Part shown: positions 59,412 to 64,000 of the stretch, piece by piece
Layout of the letters: each line of letters begins with the position of its first letter
How positions within the stretch are numbered: the first letter of the stretch is position 1
DNA from: Methylotenera oryzisoli
GTDB taxonomy: Bacteria > Pseudomonadota > Gammaproteobacteria > Burkholderiales > Methylophilaceae
Assembly: GCA_945872425.1 (NCBI GenBank)
Contig: CAMBZE010000003.1
Coordinates: 938 to 64,937 of the forward strand
Direction of reading: 5' to 3'
DNA length: 64,000 nucleotides
Notes under the pieces: generated by a model
What the model saw: the letters and a program-made list of their open reading frames with translations, nothing else
The model's database searches: none
What the model was told of the DNA's origin: nothing
Program-made: the position numbers and the translations under genes

Positions 59412-61073
59412 CTAATCTTGTTTAACGTTTTTTTCTGCTGCTTGCGGATTAGCAAGCAGGACCTCTATATCTGTTTTTGTTAGCGTACTATTCGGCTGGG
59501 ATAAATCATTGCTCGTTGTATGCGCGCTATGAAAATCGTGACAAGACATGCAACCGCTGGCGATGCGCTTATGTTTAGGGCGATTGCCGGAGTGACAGAG
59601 CAAGCAAGATTTCCGATCCGGCATGGCGACATCGGCACTGCTTTCCGAGTTTTCAACCTGATGACAGGATGTGCATTGCTGCGTGCGGTGCAAGGCATGG
59701 TTGAATCGCGCTTTACTGAACCAGTCGGTGTTGATTAACAAGGGTGTGATGCGCCATGGGAGTGAATCGCCTTCTTTGGAATCAACAACATCATGGCAGT
59801 ATGCGCATCCTGTTGATTTTAATGTTTCCGAATAGCGGGTAAATTCTTTAGGGGCGTAAAGTTTTAATGTGTTCATTACGTTTTGCTCTGCACCATGCGG
59901 AACGCTGATTCTTGACCCCGCCGGACCAACTTTTAGCTCGCTGGCATGGCACGCAAGACAGTCGCGCTTGAATGATAAAGGCTTGAAGCGCATTTCTTTA
60001 CCTTCTGGCTGGTGGCACATCGTACATGACATTTCGCGCACATCGGAAAGCCCATTCGGCCCTTGAACTTTACCGGTATGCTGGTAGTGAGAAAATTTCA
60101 GGCCAGATTTTTCAATCAAACGCGCTTGATCTGTCTGCGGAACTCTAATGCTACCTTCATCATGGCTGGTCTTGAATGTTAATCTGAAGTCAGGGTGATC
60201 ATGGTCAAAATCATGAATATCTGACAGTGATGTTTTCGCATTCACAGACTTGATATTGCCGTGACATTTAATACACATGCCATCATCTTGCCGTGTGAGC
60301 GGAAAAGGAGATTTGTGCTCACGGTGACATTCTGCACACTGCGTGCCGCCTACAAATTTACGTTTGGCAACAAAAGCATGATGTTGCAATGCTTTATCTT
60401 CAATGTGAGGCGCAGTGTCGCGATGGCATTGCATACAGGCTTTGTCAGAAACGGGTTTAGTCAGCGTTTGGTGGCAATTGATGCATTGCGACCCAAAATG
60501 TCTATGGGCATTGGATACGTGTCCGGGACTCCATACCCGGTCAAAACCGAATGGTAGTTGTGCTATAGCCTCACGCAATTGCGGAACCAGGTTTTGTGCA
60601 ACGGGTAGGGCCACGAAGAACAGTGCGATCAATGCCACCATCCACAGAGACAGATGTCGTTTAAAAGCGGAAGCACCAGGCAGTGGCTCATGTGTGCGTG
60701 ATTTGATGTTTTGAAAGTCATCCGGCAGGCGGTTAGCAAGTGCCAGGGAGATTGCCAGATTGACATCGGGCGGCGCCGGTTCTACCGTTAATCGATAGGG
60801 GCCAACCATGACTTCTGTACCTGGAGTGAGCGGCACGTTTTGTTTTGTAGAAAACTCGACTTCCAGTTCGCCATTGATTGTGACTATATGTATTTCATCA
60901 TCGTGCATCCGCTTGATAACAGCGTGATGCATGGCAATACGAGGGTCTGGCAAATGAACCGTACATTCAGCGCCACGACCGAATGTGATTTCTTCAGCGA
61001 CTAAGGTACGATAACTGCGAACGGGCAAGCCGCGTGAGTTATGCGTAATTTTAATTAATAAACAATTGATCAT
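59412..61073 (-). CDS. FHA domain - single TM - decaheme cytochrome c (uncharacterised)
   Basis: FHA-like FGRGAECTVHLPDPRIAMHHA; TM SLWMVALIALFFVALPVA; ten CxxCH motifs: CINCH, CMQCH, CAECH, CIKCH, CTMCH, CLACH, CAYCH, CTSCH, CLLCH, CMSCH. Confidence 0.9.
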   Translation of the reverse strand: MINCLLIKITHNSRGLPVRSYRTLVAEEITFGRGAECTVHLPDPRIAMHHAVIKRMHDDEIHIVTINGELEVEFSTKQNVPLTPGTEVMVGPYRLTVEPAPPDVNLAISLALANRLPDDFQNIKSRTHEPLPGASAFKRHLSLWMVALIALFFVALPVAQNLVPQLREAIAQLPFGFDRVWSPGHVSNAHRHFGSQCINCHQTLTKPVSDKACMQCHRDTAPHIEDKALQHHAFVAKRKFVGGTQCAECHREHKSPFPLTRQDDGMCIKCHGNIKSVNAKTSLSDIHDFDHDHPDFRLTFKTSHDEGSIRVPQTDQARLIEKSGLKFSHYQHTGKVQGPNGLSDVREMSCTMCHQPEGKEMRFKPLSFKRDCLACHASELKVGPAGSRISVPHGAEQNVMNTLKLYAPKEFTRYSETLKSTGCAYCHDVVDSKEGDSLPWRITPLLINTDWFSKARFNHALHRTQQCTSCHQVENSESSADVAMPDRKSCLLCHSGNRPKHKRIASGCMSCHDFHSAHTTSNDLSQPNSTLTKTDIEVLLANPQAAEKNVKQD

Positions 61074-61076
61074 GTA

Positions 61077-61907
61077 TTACCAATAAGCAAAAACGGCAAA
61101 TATGTGCGCCACCATGGCCGCGAGCAGGGCAATGGTAAAAGGCACGTGAAAATATAGCCAGAAACCCAAACGTGCGCGGTACATTAAATCTTGCCTTGCG
61201 CGTTTGACCAGAGACTCACGACGCACCATGATGGAATAGAGTTCACGGTAAAGTTTGCGCTGTTCCATAGATAAATCATTGCCCATTGCAGTGAGTTGTT
61301 GCACGGCGATTGCCGATGGGCAGTTTGGCTGAAATCCTCTGAGCTGCTCAAGCAATCCAATACCAATTGAAGTTTCACGACAAGCCCGTGCAACGACATG
61401 GTTGATGTCATCCGGCATCACCAGCGCAATTTGACGCGCTAACTTATCAGCTTCTGCAATGCGTAACAGCAAGCCATCCAGATTATCTTCCCCCATATTC
61501 TCGGTCATTCGGCGTGGGTAAACCATATAGGTATAGTTGCCAAAAAATCCGCTGATGACCACGACCAACAATAGACCATAAGCAAGCGTGTGGATATTGA
61601 ACCCAAAATGAAACCCACTGTGCAGGGTGACAATTACTGTGAGCGCCGTGCCTAAATAAATATGCGCCGACAACCAGCCCTGTGTGGAACCCGAGCTGCG
61701 GTAGCGACGTTTGCGTACGCCATACCATGCCATCCACAATACCATCATTGCTGAAATCGAGCCCAGGGTATAACCAAGCCAGCTGCCGCCATAATGACCT
61801 ACTGCTGGCTCAAACAGCAGATATAAAACAAAGGCGATAAGAATCGCGATAGTCGCTAACTTGAGGTAACGATAGTGTTTATAGTCAAAAATATTACTGC
61901 GTTGCAT
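61077..61907 (-). CDS. Membrane protein with ferric-reductase-like bis-His pairs (putative di-heme b)
   Basis: About 5 hydrophobic helices; two His pairs 14 residues apart (AHIYLGTALTVIVTLH and FHVPFTIALLAAMVAH). Confidence 0.7.
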   Translation of the reverse strand: MQRSNIFDYKHYRYLKLATIAILIAFVLYLLFEPAVGHYGGSWLGYTLGSISAMMVLWMAWYGVRKRRYRSSGSTQGWLSAHIYLGTALTVIVTLHSGFHFGFNIHTLAYGLLLVVVISGFFGNYTYMVYPRRMTENMGEDNLDGLLLRIAEADKLARQIALVMPDDINHVVARACRETSIGIGLLEQLRGFQPNCPSAIAVQQLTAMGNDLSMEQRKLYRELYSIMVRRESLVKRARQDLMYRARLGFWLYFHVPFTIALLAAMVAHIFAVFAYW

Positions 61908-61921
61908 TCTGCTTATTCTTT

Positions 61922-64000
61922 CTAATGTTCGTCAGAACCAAGTAAAGCGGTTTCACCAGGGGTGCCGCTGGCGTAACCCAGAAGCTCCTCAGGGTTCACG
62001 CGTAGCGCAGCGCCTACCGGGCAAGCGCGCACACACATAGGACCTCCGCTAAGGTCCTTACACATATCGCATTTAACTGCTACTTTACGGTCTTCGGCAG
62101 AGGGCAAGGGTTTAGGGGTGATGTCAAGCAACATCTGCCATAAGCTGCGTTCCGGTTGATCTTGAATCACGGCCATCTGAATCACATCATAAGGGCAGTT
62201 TTGCTGGCAATTGCCGCAGCCGATACAGCTGTCGTCAATGTAAACTTCGCCGTGCGGCGCACGATGAATTGCATCAGGCGGGCAATCCTTCATGCAATGT
62301 GGATGCTCGCAATGGCGGCACGATGTCGGCACGCGAATATTAGCGAAAATGGGGCCAGTGTCACGATCTAGGCGCGAAGCCCCGCCATGCGTGTCAGCAC
62401 AAGCCTGTTCACAATGATTACAACGTATGCATAAAGATTCATCAATCAGCAGCACATCAGTCGCTTCACCAACGCCTTGTTGAATGAGAAATGAAATTAA
62501 ATTGGATTGCGTAGATTGACCGGTAACAGCACCACCGCCGTCCGCAGCGCTTTCCAACTGTTGGCGTTTCTCCTGCTCTTGTAAATGCTGAAGATAACGC
62601 GCATCCAGCTCACTGCGAATTTCCGGATTACGCGCAATGATGTCGCGCATACGATCAGCTTTAATCAACACCGCATCGGTGGCCACTGCCGCGCGTACCG
62701 TGGCGTAACGCGGCTCGCCGGAAACAAGTGACATTTCCCCAACATAGTGACCTGCTGCCACATAGAACAACACGACCTCTCTGCCACCAATCATGCGGGA
62801 TACGGTGACGGAGCCACTTTGAATGAGGTAAAGCCCATCCGCTTCATCGCCTTCGTGAAAAAAATCCTCGCCGGCGCTGAAGCTTTTAAGCTCAGCATGA
62901 CTAGCCAAATCGTTCAGGTCTTCTTCACTCAGTGAAAGCCCGATACACACGTGAACAACGCTCTTAATGGCGACTTCATTGAGCATACGGCGCATGGACT
63001 GCACGGAACCAATGAGTTTTTGCATCACTCGCCGTGGGGTTTCAATCAATACGCAGTGGGTACGGGCGCGTACGGTTCCTGCACGGCGACGGCCAGAAAC
63101 GAGTGCCAGCTCACCAAAAAAATCGCCCGTCTTGAGTTGTGCGTCTGGTACATCATCTACGTCAATTAAAACATCCAGCTCGCCTTCAACGATAGAAAAG
63201 AAAGTGGTGCTGTAATCATTGCGCTTGAAGATGATGTCTCCAGGCTTTGGTAGAAGGATGTTGCTTTCCAGTACCAGTTCGCGCAGTTGTAGCGTATTGA
63301 GCATCGCTAATAGCGGCACATTTTTTTGAATTTTCGTCAAAACATCATCAATACCACGGTCTGTGCAAAAGTCAGCGAATTTCTCACGCAGCAAAGCGGT
63401 ATCGGCAGGCTCCACAGCATTACCGAGTATGTACTCAATGACCTCATAACCCTGATTGATGCCTTGCTTAATGAGAGGGTAGCCAGCCAACGCGCCAATA
63501 ATATAGAGCCCGGGTACGTTGGATTCATAACTTGTGGAAAGCAGGGGCAGCGCACCTAAGTCAGACGTTGGAAAAGCAACGCCAAAGTTTTCCAGTAGTG
63601 GGCGTGACGGTAGGGCGCCAAGCCGTGCGATTATCCGGTGGCAAGGAATGCGTTCAGCCCCATTCGGCGTGTTGGCGTAAAGGGTGATGGGAAACTCGCC
63701 ATGGGGATTTTGCTCAATAGATTGTGGTTTTGTTTGCAGCAACCAGTCTATAGCACCTTTTTGGCGCGCATCCATGAGCTGACTCAAGTTGCTATCTTTA
63801 AGGTTACTAAAATCCTCGGCACGATTCAGTATCATCACCTGATTTCGACCAGTCAGTGCCAATGCGTTTTCTACGCCACTATCGCCACCGCCAACAATGA
63901 CAATGGTTTCATTCTGATAGTCTTTTGGATCATCAAGTTGGTATTGCACCTGCGGTAAATCCCCGCCCGGTATTTCCAGCTTACGCAAATTGCCTTGCAC
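61922..64000 (-). CDS. TrxR/FNR-type FAD-NAD(P)H oxidoreductase + 2 cNMP-binding domains + 4x[4Fe-4S] domain; 5'-truncated by the window edge
   Basis: IVIVGGGDSGVENA and YIIGALAG; FGELALVSGRRRAGTV and VGEMSLVSGEPRYATV; CIRCNHCEQAC, CRHCEHPHCMKDCP, CIGCGNCQQNCP, CDMC..PMCVRACP. Confidence 0.9.
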   Translation of the reverse strand: MQGNLRKLEIPGGDLPQVQYQLDDPKDYQNETIVIVGGGDSGVENALALTGRNQVMILNRAEDFSNLKDSNLSQLMDARQKGAIDWLLQTKPQSIEQNPHGEFPITLYANTPNGAERIPCHRIIARLGALPSRPLLENFGVAFPTSDLGALPLLSTSYESNVPGLYIIGALAGYPLIKQGINQGYEVIEYILGNAVEPADTALLREKFADFCTDRGIDDVLTKIQKNVPLLAMLNTLQLRELVLESNILLPKPGDIIFKRNDYSTTFFSIVEGELDVLIDVDDVPDAQLKTGDFFGELALVSGRRRAGTVRARTHCVLIETPRRVMQKLIGSVQSMRRMLNEVAIKSVVHVCIGLSLSEEDLNDLASHAELKSFSAGEDFFHEGDEADGLYLIQSGSVTVSRMIGGREVVLFYVAAGHYVGEMSLVSGEPRYATVRAAVATDAVLIKADRMRDIIARNPEIRSELDARYLQHLQEQEKRQQLESAADGGGAVTGQSTQSNLISFLIQQGVGEATDVLLIDESLCIRCNHCEQACADTHGGASRLDRDTGPIFANIRVPTSCRHCEHPHCMKDCPPDAIHRAPHGEVYIDDSCIGCGNCQQNCPYDVIQMAVIQDQPERSLWQMLLDITPKPLPSAEDRKVAVKCDMCKDLSGGPMCVRACPVGAALRVNPEELLGYASGTPGETALLGSDEH

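Noticed and set aside
59412-61073. MtrA/MtoA-type decaheme for extracellular electron transfer
   Set aside because: There is no cleavable signal peptide and no adjacent MtrB/MtoB porin; the N-terminal FHA plus TM anchor and heme spacing differ.
791-63958. Numerous 60-160 aa ORF-track calls antisense to or nested in recognised genes
   Set aside because: They are shadow frames of well-supported genes, with no RBS or motif support.

Overview
A 64-kb chromosomal segment, most likely from a Methylophilaceae (Methylotenera-like) betaproteobacterium. This is inferred from the pqqABCDE cluster with a Methylophilaceae-type PqqA and from betaproteobacterial gene order. Most of the window is core genome: mltG-tmk-holB-tatD, leuCDB-asd-fimV-truA-trpFBA-accD-folC-dedD-cvpA-purF, metZ, gyrA-serC-pheA-hisC, the cys sulfate-assimilation operon with divergent cysB, moaDE, rnr-rlmB, mqo and tRNA-Leu(CAG). 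The best candidate for an undescribed system is the three-gene minus-strand operon at 59412-64000, which runs off the window edge. It encodes (i) a TrxR/FNR-type flavoprotein fused to two cyclic-nucleotide-binding domains and a 4x[4Fe-4S] domain, (ii) a ferric-reductase-like bis-His membrane protein, and (iii) an FHA-TM-decaheme cytochrome c. Together they look like a cyclic-nucleotide-gated NAD(P)H-to-periplasm electron conduit; this function is inferred and untested. Other points of note are a lanpepsy (LanP)-like protein divergent from a receptor-less exbBD-tonB, a phosphohexomutase-HPRT fusion, a SAM-II riboswitch apparently wired to a transcription terminator, a Cys-rich uORF in frame with acr3, an MFS exporter hugging pqqE, a tRNA with an A53:U61 pair, and at least four families of short palindromic or MITE-like repeats. 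All calls come from motif reading by eye; no database searches were run.
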